From an uncultured Actinomycetes bacterium (GTDB taxonomy: Bacteria > Actinomycetota > Geothermincolia > Fen-727 > JACVIW01): 64,000 nucleotides of DNA. The DNA is taken from positions 3,452 to 67,451 of the forward strand of contig CAKZLU010000017.1 in the NCBI GenBank assembly GCA_937127245.1, written 5' to 3'. How positions within the stretch are numbered: position 1 is the stretch's first letter; each line of letters opens with the position of its first letter. Below are positions 30,429-41,397 of this stretch, one piece after another. The position numbers and the translations under genes were made by a program. A model generated the notes under the pieces. It made no database searches. It had not been told where the DNA came from and worked only from the letters and a program-made list of their open reading frames with translations.

Positions 30429-30887
30429 ATGAGCGAAGAGGCAAAGATCTGGGGTATTGAAACCAAAATGCAGGAAGAAGAATTTAAAAGAATCATCTGC
30501 GAGCGTGTCACCGATGCACCCTTTTACAAACACATGGGTTTTTCTGTGATTGGACTCGGTCCCGGCGAGGCGCACTTGAAAATGAAAGCAAACCCTCGTG
30601 TATGCGATGAGTCAGGCGCGGTCGAAAGAGGAGCGATTGCGGCTTTGGCGGATGCTGCATCCGGCGTTTCTGCGGCGACCGTTTTCCCCAAATCCTCTAA
30701 GCGGGTGGTCACGGTTGAGCAAAAAGTGACTTTCATGGCGCCTGTAAGCGGAGGTGAACTGGTCGCGATCGGCAAAGTTCTTTTCTCAGACGAAAATATC
30801 GTCGTATCCGAGGCAGTTGTAAGAGATCGCGAGGGGAAAATTGCCGCAAAGAGCCTTGCCACTTTCACCGTTGTGTCAAGGAAATAA
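30429..30887 (+). CDS. PaaI/hotdog-fold thioesterase
   Basis: PFYKHMG, GAIAALADAASG, VTVEQKVTFMAP; the usual HGG motif reads ERG. Confidence 0.8.
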   Translation: MSEEAKIWGIETKMQEEEFKRIICERVTDAPFYKHMGFSVIGLGPGEAHLKMKANPRVCDESGAVERGAIAALADAASGVSAATVFPKSSKRVVTVEQKVTFMAPVSGGELVAIGKVLFSDENIVVSEAVVRDREGKIAAKSLATFTVVSRK

Positions 30888-31053
30888 CATTTACCTGACA
30901 GACAAGCCACGCTTCGCTAAACGCATCGAACTTATCTCACTCGAGGCAAAAGCTAACGCGAGAAATGGTCAGAAAAGTCCCGCTTTCCCGAACGCATCGA
31001 AAATGCCGAAGATGCATTTAAACGAAGCCTTTCTGCTCTGGTTTGAGAATGAG

Positions 31054-32030
31054 TCAACCTGATGGAGGGACCCTGTAGAATACGCCCTTCTTCGTTTGTT
31101 CGGCAACAATCTTCTTTTCCTCAATGAGACGTGAAAGAACCTTCATAACCTCCAGCTCGCTTGCTTCGGCAATCTTAGCTATTTCAAATAGCCTGCAAGG
31201 TCTGATCCTTAGAACACCCAGGATTTTTTCCTCGTCAATAACACCGATGTGCCCACCGCGAGAATCGGGTTCGCTTTCCGTGAGCACCTCCGCTCTCACC
31301 CCGTGCTCACGGAAAAATTCGGCAATCTCAGAAAGCCTTTCTTCCCCTGACGATTTTGCGTAACCCTCTGAAGCTGGTCTTAAGACCGTGTTCAAGTGGA
31401 CGATATCGGGTGCTATGTCCCGGACAAGCGCGGCGATTTTTCGATACTTTCATCCCCCGAGTTAATGCGGTCAATGACCATGATCTCAAGCCATAAACGA
31501 CCCTTGTAGCAGGACGAAAACCGCATAATGCCTTCAACCATTTTCTTGAAATCTATTTCGCGGCAAGGCCTGTTTACCTTCTCAAACATCCGCTCATCAC
31601 CGGCGTCAAGCAATGGGAACACCAGGTCAGCCATCATGCACGCTTGAGCGACTAGTTGTTCCCACAAAAGCGATCCGTTCGTCAGCACCGCCACAGGTAT
31701 TTCCGTGATTTCCTTGATGCCTGATATCACAGCCGAAATTTCGCTGTTCAATGTTGGCTCGCCCGAACCCGCGACAGTTATGTAGTCGATACGACTTCCT
31801 TCGGCTTGCCTAAAGAAGAAGGCTTCGAGGCCAGAGATAACTTCGTCCGCGCTTATGTAAGGGGCTATGCGGGCGGTCTTCACGGTCGTCCTCCCGAGTT
31901 GGCAGTATATACAGTCGTAATCGCAGGTTTTCATCGGGATAATATCAACGCCGAGGGAAGCGCCCAGTCTGCGCGAGAAAATCGGACCGTATATGAGCTT
32001 TTTCACCGATTCGTAAGGCGTTGTCATTAT
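31054..32030 (-). pseudogene. radical SAM protein, frameshift in an A-run at ~31440
   Basis: YGPIFSRRLGASLGVD, CDYDCIYC, GSGEPTL, TNGSLL; continues HLNTVLRP into a C-terminal wHTH-like segment. Confidence 0.85.
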
Positions 32031-32206
32031 CATTCCTCCGCGGTTGTCCTCAAATTTACTGAACGGAAAACCACGTTTGGGCAACCCCGAGAGAGGCTCA
32101 AAAGCTTGGATTAACTCTCATGAAAATCCATGACTTAGACCCGCTGTCAGTATGCGCATTCTTGACGGGTACTCCTTTTAACAATAAATACAGGGCGCGA
32201 GGCCGA

Positions 32207-33070
32207 CTACTTAAGGTCATGCTCGATGATACTCTTTCCAACACTCGCCTCAATGAAAGCCTCGCCGTAAGCCCCCTTAAACAAGCCAATCGTTAAATCA
32301 CCATTGCAGTGACACGGCGCAACTCTTTCAACACCGAGCGCCTTGAGGCGACCAATTATTCCTCTTATCTCTTTTGGGCTTGCCCCACCCAAATGAAAGC
32401 CCCCGAGCAACAAAGCAACCTTGCGTCTAGAAATGTTTAAAGCTTCCTCAACCATTCTTAACACGCCCGGATGAGCGCAGCCGGTTATTATGACCATACG
32501 CAAACGGTGCTCGATGAGAAGAGCCTGCTCTCCGGTTTGTCCCGCGTACTTGGTTCCAATCTCTCAGGTTGACCAAACCCACTCGCATATCGAACAAGCT
32601 CGCGATACCTCTATGAGATTTGCTCAGGCTTTCAGCACCTGACTTCCTAAAGCGGAACCGTAGGAGGCAGGAGCATAAACGTCGATACGTGGGTTTGATT
32701 TGAGGATCCCTGGAACACCCCCATCATGGTCACCGTGATTATGCGAGAACACCAACGCATCTATTGAACCGGGCTCGATTCTAAAAAGCCACATGTTGTC
32801 TGAAAGAACCGAGAAATCAGGCCCGTATCGAATAGAATCCTCTTCCCACTCACGCAAACAAGACAGGAGAATCCTCATGAGGGTTTCAATCCCGCGGCAA
32901 AGACCCTGTTGTCGTAGATGACCGTAATTTTCAGGTCATTTTTAGCATTTCTATCCTCGAGCATCTCCCTCGAGTCGATTTCAGGTGTTGTAGGAGTTTG
33001 GGTCTTTCTTGCACCGCAACCCAATCTCGCTGGGGCAATCTCAATGAGCGGCGCAAAAAGGGCAATGAAG
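32207..33070 (-). pseudogene. MBL-fold metallo-hydrolase with three in-frame TGA codons and one frameshift
   Basis: ITVIYDN, *GFSCLV..ILFDTG, SHNHGDHDGG, ST*EIG, TGCAHPG, GGFHL, PCHC. Confidence 0.85.
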
Positions 33071-33134
33071 ATAACCTTTGATCTGCGCTTTGACGTAGGT
33101 CTCCGGTAAGGGTTCCACCGGGAGTGGAGATTGA

Positions 33135-33563
33135 TCACTTCCCTGTCCTTCTTCTTCTCTCCACCATAACGCAAATGTCGTGAAGAACTTTTATGCCGTG
33201 TTCCTTGCAAAATGAGATAGCCTCCTCGGACTCCGCTCCGGGCTGCATCCAGGCTTTATCCACACCGAGCGCCGGAAGACGTTTAACAAGCTTTGAGGTA
33301 ACATCAGGAGGGCACACGAATTCGACCACTTCGGGTTCCTCGGGGAGCGAATCCAGATCGGGGTAACATTTTTCACCGAATATATCGGGATACATCGGGT
33401 TCACCGGATAAACGATGTAACCGCCCTGTTTCAAGTCTTCATATACCTTATACCCGTATTTCTCTTTGTTGGTGGAAACGCCCACCACCGCAAAGACTCT
33501 GCTACGGAGGAACTCATCAATCAGACCTGAAGAAAAAGTCTCGTCTGTCATATCGTCGCTCAT
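33135..33563 (-). CDS. CoA-binding protein (YccU-like)
   Basis: AVVGVSTNKEKYG, YPVNP, WMQPG, C-terminal DICVMV. Confidence 0.9.
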   Translation of the reverse strand: MSDDMTDETFSSGLIDEFLRSRVFAVVGVSTNKEKYGYKVYEDLKQGGYIVYPVNPMYPDIFGEKCYPDLDSLPEEPEVVEFVCPPDVTSKLVKRLPALGVDKAWMQPGAESEEAISFCKEHGIKVLHDICVMVERRRRTGK

Positions 33564-33981
33564 ACAAGTACCCTCTACTCTTCGTCACCCGATCGTTCCT
33601 TAAGTCTGCCGTAATAAGATTTCGCTGTGTATAATACCGCCGCGGGATTGTGACCGGTAACACGGTCCTTTGCGACCAAAACAGTTGTAAAGCCTTCTTT
33701 GAACTTGAAGAAAAGAGAATCGTGACCCACGTAAAGTCCGATTAAAACGTTTAAATCACAGCCCTCTTTGTTTAAGATCAGCCCTGTGCTATCGGATTAC
33801 AGTATGATTCGTTCGTTTTTGGCAATACTTTTTCGCAGTCCCGTATCTCGAAGCTTTCCTTGGGCTCTCCCCCAACTTCACAGCAGACCGATACCACCTC
33901 AAAACCTCTGCTTTTTGCAATCCCCGCAAAGACCCTCGCTTCATTTTCGAATGATTGGGGTTACCCTTGCAGCTGAAATCT

Positions 33982-36900
33982 TCAGTCGCTGTAACCGCCA
34001 ATCGTCGCCGTGCCCATGAACATCCCGTACCCCTGAATGAGCGCGTACATCGCGCGTTCAACCATTATCTTCTTCCCCGCTGTCTTCGAACTCACCATCA
34101 CGGAGGCGCGACCGTCCTGTATGACGTCCGCCATAAAATAGGTTTTTCTCGAGTTCGCCGGCACCGTGTCGGTTATCGATTTTTCCCCGGAACCGTCCTC
34201 GGGTAGATACGTTACCTCGACCGCAACCTCTTGATCATTCGGGTTCTGAACGAGAGTCCAGGTTTGAACCTCGCCCATCAGACCAGCCTCGGGATGCATG
34301 CCCGCTTCTCCATCGGGAAGATAGAAAGTCTTATGCGCGGCAGAAAGACCGATAGAATCGTGGCACTTCTCCCCGAAAATAGTCCCCTCCCCCCAGTACA
34401 TGGCGCGTTCGGCTATTATCGGTCGGTCGCCCGTCACTTTCGTTGAGAAGTCCCTTGGTGGAAGATAGTCATTGACCCTGATTGTTTTTCTCGAGTTGGG
34501 CGGCATGAGAATGGGGCTTTCAGGGTGAGTTATCGGACCCTCGTTCGTCATGTAGGTGAGGACCACGCTCGTAGGCTCGCTGTTTGGGTTTTGTACCAGA
34601 ACATACGTTGTGAAACCCCAGGCGGTCGTCCCCTCAGCAAGGTAATAGTTCAAGGAGGGAGAGGTTGTGCCCACCGAGTCATGTCCGCTTTTTCGATTGT
34701 TTCTATACATTGCCCTCTCGGGGATAACGGGTAAATTCGAGCTAACTTTTATTGAGGCGTCTTTTGCACCTATGTGCTCGGCCATGTTGAAAGTTGCGCG
34801 AGAGTTTGCCGGCACAGAAACCTTCACGCTTGAGGGACCTTCGTTCTCAATCATGTAGGTTATATCGCAGCTTGCCGTACTGCTGTTCGGATTCTGGATA
34901 AGAAGCCAGCACTCGAAGCCCCAGGCTGTGGAGCCCTCCGGCAGATACCAGGTTTTAGCCGGAGAGGTCACGCCTATTGAGGAGTGAGCGTCCCCTATGT
35001 CCTCCTCCAAACCCCAGAACATCGTCCTGTCAACCGCGATTGTTTTCCCCTCAAGGCACTCGACCTTTGTGGAGAAATCTTCCTCTCCCAGATCCTCCCA
35101 TGGGAAGATTGTGGCTTGGCTCATCGGAGCCATCCTGAAATCGGGCTTAACAACCGGACCGCTTTTCGTCTGATATGTCATGCGAATCGTAACTTCCGTG
35201 GAGTTCGGGTTCGCGATAGATATATAAGTCTCGAAGCCCCAGTCGGTGGAACCCTCCGCCAGATACCATGTGGATAGCGGATTCTTTTGAACGACCGTAA
35301 AGCTCTTTGAATTTGATTTTCCACCCGCGGTAGTGACCGTCACAGCAACTTTTCCAGAAACGCCGGTCGGAACTTTCACCTTCAAGCGGTTGTTCGCCCA
35401 TGAGAGATAACTTGACACCCTCTTTGTGCCGAAGCTCACATATGAGGAGCCCCTCGTAGAACCAAATCCGGACCCGTATATGGTGACATTGGCACCCGCG
35501 CTTCCGCTACTTGGCGACAAAGATGAAATGACCGGTTTTGGCAGAGCGGTAATTTTTTTAAGGGCAGCATATGCATTTATCCGCCCGTAACCGAAATAAT
35601 CATCCCGACCGGACGCCCCTAAATCTTTCGCTGTGCTTTCAAGCGTTTGCTGAACTTTCAAGGGCGTAAGGGAGGGTTTTTCAGATAAAAGCAGGGCTGC
35701 GCTGCCCGCCGCCATGGGAGAAGCCATGGATGTGCCATCCATAAAAGAGTAATTCTGAGTATATCCGAGAGCATTCAGGCTCGCGCTGTAGGTGGGCATC
35801 GCGGAATAGATGTCCTTGCCGGGCGCCGAGATGTCCACGCTCGAGTTGTATGTCGAGAAGACAGCCCTCTCGTCCCTGTTCGTGGTAGCGCCAACCCCAA
35901 TCACATTCGAATAGCCCGCCGGATACATGAGCGTGGAGTCCGAGGTGTTGCCCGCCGAAGCGAATATCGCAGCACCTTTGCCGTAAGCATAAGTGATTGC
36001 GTTCTGGACAAGCGAAGAGTGGGATTCGCTCTGCAAACTCATGTTTATGACGTCAGCACCGTTATCCGCGGCATAGTAAATGGCATCAATTATGTGGGAC
36101 GCATAAGCTCCGCCGCTTGAGTCAGTGACTTTCAGGGGCATAACCCTGACTTTCAAACCAGGCGCAACGCCCACAACCCCCTGGGCGTTCTCAGAGGCAG
36201 CCACTATTCCAGCGCAGTGCGTTCCGTGCGCGTTATTGTCATGGGGATAGAAGTAAGGGTTTGTCCTGAAGTAAAAGTCTTTAGCGTAGAGGGAGGTCCA
36301 TCCAGACCCCGTCCACTGCCACGCCTCTCCCTCGTGATAAGTATGCCACGTACCTTCTTCCGTTCCCCAGTTGTCGTAGATACGGTAGTAATCTGAGGCG
36401 CTCGCCTGACTTGTCCAGAAGATAAGGTAGTAAGGAAGTCCCGCGTCAAGGTTAAGTGGTGTCGATAGTGCTTTGTAGATTTCGGTGATCCCTGTTGAGG
36501 AAATCTCTGAATAATCTATCACGTACGATGAAAGGTCCGATCCGGTAAGTGAGGTGCGGACGACAACATTTATCGGTAAAGTGGGGTTTCCTATCTTCCT
36601 CAAGGCTATTCCAACGTGGGTAAGCCTCTGTTTATGTCCCGGGGTAGCCCGAGCCGTAAACGATTGGGCAAACATCTGCTGAGTAATACTGGTGCCGAAA
36701 TTTTCATACGAGTTCACCCATGCGCTTCCGTTCCAGTACGTGCAGTTGTACTGGGAGATACCCGCCCAGTTATACCCGTTCCTATCGTCAACAAAACCGT
36801 TCCCATCATCATCCAACCCATTCCCCGCAGTTTCGTCTGAGTTCACCCAGATTCTCGAGGAAAGATCGGGATGGGAAAAATCAATGCCGGAATCGATGAC

Positions 36901-37425
36901 GGCGACCGTGACATCGTTGGAGGTTCCTTTTTCGATATCCCAGGCATCAGGCGCATCAATGTCGGCATCCGCAACCCCAACAGACCCCCCTATTACTTGA
37001 CCGGTGTTATGCAACCCCCACTGCTTTGGAAAATCAGGGTCAGTCGGAGTGTGAGCAATCTTGTATATGAAGTTGGGCTCGGCATACTCGATCATGTGGC
37101 TGGAGGAAAGTTCTTGAACCGCTTTTTCAACACTCACGCCGGGTTTAAGTTTCAAAACCTCAATATCCTTTTTGTCGCGTGGACCTATCTTTCCTAAAAC
37201 GGATGCGCCAGCCTCTGATTTAATCTCGTCGGCTGAGGATTTCCTTATACCTTCTTTAAACTTCACAAGTACCTCGCCAGGCTTATAGACGCATAAAGGC
37301 GTGCCGGGCATCAGACCGCTGGCCTTAGCCAAAAGTTTGCCCGGTGAGGAAGTGGCATGAGAAGTTAACGGAAAACCAAGTGTAATTAGATGAAGCAAAA
37401 TAAGAATGCATAATAAACGTTTCAT
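33982..37425 (-). CDS. secreted S8 subtilase + inserted beta-domain + IPT/TIG + four YLAEG repeats (DUF5719-like)
   Basis: GGAGG RBS and signal peptide; catalytic VIDSG, HGTHCAG, GTSMA; SAGN oxyanion motif; WYLAEGST, WYLPEGST, YYLAEGTT, FYLPDGE repeats. Confidence 0.92.
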   Translation of the reverse strand: MKRLLCILILLHLITLGFPLTSHATSSPGKLLAKASGLMPGTPLCVYKPGEVLVKFKEGIRKSSADEIKSEAGASVLGKIGPRDKKDIEVLKLKPGVSVEKAVQELSSSHMIEYAEPNFIYKIAHTPTDPDFPKQWGLHNTGQVIGGSVGVADADIDAPDAWDIEKGTSNDVTVAVIDSGIDFSHPDLSSRIWVNSDETAGNGLDDDGNGFVDDRNGYNWAGISQYNCTYWNGSAWVNSYENFGTSITQQMFAQSFTARATPGHKQRLTHVGIALRKIGNPTLPINVVVRTSLTGSDLSSYVIDYSEISSTGITEIYKALSTPLNLDAGLPYYLIFWTSQASASDYYRIYDNWGTEEGTWHTYHEGEAWQWTGSGWTSLYAKDFYFRTNPYFYPHDNNAHGTHCAGIVAASENAQGVVGVAPGLKVRVMPLKVTDSSGGAYASHIIDAIYYAADNGADVINMSLQSESHSSLVQNAITYAYGKGAAIFASAGNTSDSTLMYPAGYSNVIGVGATTNRDERAVFSTYNSSVDISAPGKDIYSAMPTYSASLNALGYTQNYSFMDGTSMASPMAAGSAALLLSEKPSLTPLKVQQTLESTAKDLGASGRDDYFGYGRINAYAALKKITALPKPVISSLSPSSGSAGANVTIYGSGFGSTRGSSYVSFGTKRVSSYLSWANNRLKVKVPTGVSGKVAVTVTTAGGKSNSKSFTVVQKNPLSTWYLAEGSTDWGFETYISIANPNSTEVTIRMTYQTKSGPVVKPDFRMAPMSQATIFPWEDLGEEDFSTKVECLEGKTIAVDRTMFWGLEEDIGDAHSSIGVTSPAKTWYLPEGSTAWGFECWLLIQNPNSSTASCDITYMIENEGPSSVKVSVPANSRATFNMAEHIGAKDASIKVSSNLPVIPERAMYRNNRKSGHDSVGTTSPSLNYYLAEGTTAWGFTTYVLVQNPNSEPTSVVLTYMTNEGPITHPESPILMPPNSRKTIRVNDYLPPRDFSTKVTGDRPIIAERAMYWGEGTIFGEKCHDSIGLSAAHKTFYLPDGEAGMHPEAGLMGEVQTWTLVQNPNDQEVAVEVTYLPEDGSGEKSITDTVPANSRKTYFMADVIQDGRASVMVSSKTAGKKIMVERAMYALIQGYGMFMGTATIGGYSD

Positions 37426-37800
37426 TTTTCCTCCGTAAAAATTAGCTAGCTCGATAAACTTTCCCACAAAATCTAGATTCTGTCATTTTTAAAACATTTG
37501 TGTCGAACATCGACAGACCTGTTTTCGAGCTTGACCATGATCCAAGAGTCATTCGAGGGTTTGAGAGATTCCCGTGTCGAGAATTCTCGCATCACCCGAA
37601 AGAGTGATTTTGTTAATCCAAAATCTCCGTGTTAGAATAAAAAGGTTGCAAAAGAAAGATGCGACAACGAAGAAAGTCTTTAAGAAATATTTTCTAAAAC
37701 TCCTCTTCGTTTCCCTATCTTTTACGCGTCAGACCTCATTTGACGACAACTTGTGTATTTAAAAGAGTGCGTTTTTGCATTAGGAAAGGAGAAAAGGAAA

Positions 37801-40269
37801 ATGAAAAAAACAATCAAATCAGTATCTCTGCTTTTGGCACTTCTTATGCTTGTTCTGTGCGCTTTCATCCCTGGTTTGGCTGCCGAAAATGAAAGCTCCA
37901 CAAGCGTTCTTGAGAAAGGCACAGCTCGCTTAGACCCCGCCCAAGAACCAATAGCCCTCAACACAGGAGAGGTGATAGTCAAATTCGAGGAGGGTGTAAC
38001 AAAAGACCGCATGTCAGGGATATGCTCTGGCGCGGGGGCATCCTCCATATTGAAAAGAATCGGACCGGAAACTTAGAGAACGTATCTTTTAAAGTTGAAA
38101 CCGGAAGTGAGTTTGAGCAGCGCCATTGAATCCCTTAACGCAAGTGACGGGGTGGCGTTTGCCGAACCAAATTACTTAAGGAAATTATTGTACACTCCTT
38201 CGGATCCTGATTTCCCAATACAATGGGGTCTTCATAACACCGGGCAAACCATTGGGGGTGTTCCGGGAACCCCTGATGCTGATATCGATGCTCCAGAGGC
38301 ATGGGATGTTGAAAAGGGAAGCAACTCCACTGTATATGTTGCCGTGATCGATTCAGGAATTGATCTTAACCACCCCGACCTTGACGGAAGGATCCGCGTG
38401 AACACCTACGAAATCCCAGGGAACAACAAGGATGATGAAGGTAACGGATATGTTGATGACGTAAACGGGTACAACTTTGCCGGGATTTCACAGTACAGAT
38501 ACTATTATTACGTTGGAAGTACTATATACTATACGTTCTGGTACTTTGGTCGCTATACAATAACGCAGATGCTCGCCCAGTCTTTCACCGCGCGCGCGAG
38601 CAGCGGTCACAAGCAAAAGCTCACGCACCTGGGCATTATGCTCAGCAAAATCGGAAATCCAACGTCCACTATAACGGTTTCAGTCCGTTCTTCTCTTTCC
38701 GGTTCTGACCTCGCATCCTTTACCATCTCCCCTGGTGAGGTAATAAGCAGGGAGGTCTACAAGAGATTTTCCAAAGAACTCTACCTAACACCCGGGAGCA
38801 CTTACTACTTCGTTTTCCGTACCGACAGCGTTGACTCCTCGAACTACTATCATCTAGGCCATAATGCAGGCAGTGTTTCAGAAAATTACCACACCTACCA
38901 CGAGGGGACTGAATGGCAGTGGAACGGCTCAGACTGGGTTGAATGGCCCAAAGACGACTTCTACTTCAGGACAAATCCTTACTTCTATCCCCATGACAAC
39001 AACGGTCACGGAACGCACTGCGCAGGGATAATAGCCGCGGAGAATAACAATGCGGGTTGTGTTGGCGTGACACTTGGCAACAACGTGAAGATCATGCCCA
39101 TAAAAGTCGGTGACTCGAGCGGCTGGCTGAGAGATGACCATATTTTGGAGTCGATTTATTATGCCGCCGATAACGGCGCGAAAGTCATAAGCATGAGCTT
39201 TGGTGGTTCGGTGTATTCAAGCGCAGAACAGGATGCTGTCAATTACGCCTACAACAAGGGAGCAATTCTTTTTGCCTCCGCCGGAAATTCCGGTGATTCC
39301 ACCATGCGATACCCCGCAGGTTACGCGAACGTTGTAGGGGTCGGTGCGACAACCAACAAAGACGAGAAAGTAACATTCTCAACGTACAACTCGAGCGTTG
39401 ATTTATCAGCACCCGGAAAGGACGTCTATTCAACAATGCCGACATACCCGGTTTGCGGAAATGATTTAGGCTACACGCAGAATTACTCATACATGTCCGG
39501 GACCTCCATGGCTTGTCCGATGGCAGCCGGGCTTGCCGCGCTTATACGCTCAAGGAACCGCTCCTGGACGGCGGCTCAAGTTCAAACTGCAATGCAGAAC
39601 AACGCCGATGACCTTGGGACACCGGGCAGGGATGACTACTTCGGTTACGGGAGGATAAACGCCAAAAGGACGATCGACACCGTTCCCCTTCTGCCCGTCC
39701 CGGCAATCTCAACCATAAACCCCACAATGGGATACGTGCGCTCAGAGGTAACAATATCAGGAAAGAATTTTGGATCGACCCGCGGAAGCTCTTACGTAAA
39801 GTTCGGGACAAAGAAGGTCACAGCCTATGTATCCTGGAGCTCCACGAAAATCAAGGTGAAAGTTCCTGACGGTGTCTCGGGAGAAGTGCCTGTGAAAGTA
39901 TATACACTCGCTGGAGGGTCCAACTCAAAAGTCTTCAGCGTGAAACCAAAGATAAATGCGATATCACCGATTTCGGGTTCCATCGGCTCCTACGTGACGA
40001 TCTCCGGAAGGGGATACGGCTCTCTGAGAGGTACCTCATATGTGACATTTGGAAGCAAGAGGGTATCAACTTACTCAAGCTGGACTGATACAAAACTAAA
40101 AGTGAAGGTACCCTCAGGAATTCCAAAGGGTAAGACAACCACAAAGGTGACAACATCGGGAGGGGAAAAACCTCAAAGCAATAATGGAAAAGATGTGAGC
40201 CATGGAATTACAACTGAAGATGCTATAGCGGAGCATAACCCGCATAAGCAATCCACGAAACATATGTGA
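37801..40269 (+). pseudogene. second S8 subtilase with the same insert and two IPT/TIG domains; one in-frame TAG at 38074-38076
   Basis: ORFs 37753-38076 and 38095-40269 are in the same frame; VIDSG, HGTHCAG, GTSMA intact; the tail looks truncated. Confidence 0.88.
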
Positions 40270-40311
40270 AAGCCTTGAAGCGCGAAGCCAGCGAAAAAAG
40301 AAGAGGCAGAC

Positions 40312-41397
40312 TCACTCCCACCGAAAGAAGCGCACAGAAGCAGCGAAACAGACAACGAGCATCCCCACAAGAACGAGTATATCCTGCCATACCGCCCCAA
40401 GGCCCTTGCCCCTTATAATCACCTCTCGGAGCGCATCCCCCAAATAATAAAGGGGCAGAACCTTTGCGACAGCCGCGAGGGGCCTGGGGAGCATCGCGAG
40501 CGGAAAATAGACACCGGCCAGGAACATCATGGGGAAGTTGATAGCCGCAGCAGCTGTCTCTGCGGTTTTGGCAGAGCCTGAAACCGAACTGACCAGAAAA
40601 CCGAGCGACAGAAAAGCCACCGAGCCGAGGGTGATTATGAACGCGATATTAAGAAGGTTCCCGTTAACCTGGATGCGAAAGACAAGCCAGCCCAATAAAA
40701 GAAGGATGAAAGACTGCAAAAGCGATATCAAAAGCGCCGCAAAAAGTTCCCCTGAGAGAAAGTGCGCGAGGGGAATCGGCGTAACTTTTATTCTTCTCAA
40801 TATTCCCTTCTCGCGATAGATAACGAGACTTATCGCCAAGCCCATCAGTGCCGACTGCATAATTGTTATCGCGATTATTCCCGGCACTATGAAATCGAGA
40901 TACTTCAGTTCCTTGGATTCGACAGACATCTGCTTAAGCACTACCTCTTCTTTTAAACCCCGCATTCTTCCCACGACATCCACAAGCACCTGCCTGACCG
41001 TGTTCAAAGCAACTTGCGTCAAAGTTGGATTTGACCGGTCAAGATATATTTGTGCCGATGCCGCATTGCCCAGTCGCACAGAATCTTCAAACCCCTTACT
41101 TATTACCAGCACGGCATTAAGGCGAGCATCCCGAAGCTGCTTGAGAAGCTCGTTTTTGCCCCCTTTTTTGACCGTGAAAACATCTATATCCTCAAAGACT
41201 CCTACGACAATCCTTGAGACTTGGCTCTTGTCGAGATCAACAATCCCGAGATTCATGTTAACCTCTCCACTCTTTCCAAAGATGGAACCAATAATTAGCA
41301 TGAGCGCTATCGGAAACATGAACATCCAGAAAAGCGCGACTTTATCGCGCAAAGTCATTTTCAAACTTGCCCCAACTACCCCGATAAGTCTTTTCAT
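40312..41397 (-). CDS. ABC-2 type exporter permease
   Basis: RDKVALFWMFMFP, YLDFIVPG, REKGILRR, FLAGVYFP, FRWE end. Confidence 0.92.
   Translation of the reverse strand: MKRLIGVVGASLKMTLRDKVALFWMFMFPIALMLIIGSIFGKSGEVNMNLGIVDLDKSQVSRIVVGVFEDIDVFTVKKGGKNELLKQLRDARLNAVLVISKGFEDSVRLGNAASAQIYLDRSNPTLTQVALNTVRQVLVDVVGRMRGLKEEVVLKQMSVESKELKYLDFIVPGIIAITIMQSALMGLAISLVIYREKGILRRIKVTPIPLAHFLSGELFAALLISLLQSFILLLLGWLVFRIQVNGNLLNIAFIITLGSVAFLSLGFLVSSVSGSAKTAETAAAAINFPMMFLAGVYFPLAMLPRPLAAVAKVLPLYYLGDALREVIIRGKGLGAVWQDILVLVGMLVVCFAASVRFFRWE

Noticed and set aside
32207..33070. Alternative genetic code (TGA = Gly/Trp) or selenocysteine
   Set aside because: Intact genes end in TGA (e.g. 1671, 12730); the stops replace different residues (G, W, E), none a catalytic Cys, and co-occur with frameshifts
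33982..40269. Diversity-generating retroelement or invertible locus between the S8 paralogues
   Set aside because: No reverse transcriptase or recombinase; differences are not adenine-specific
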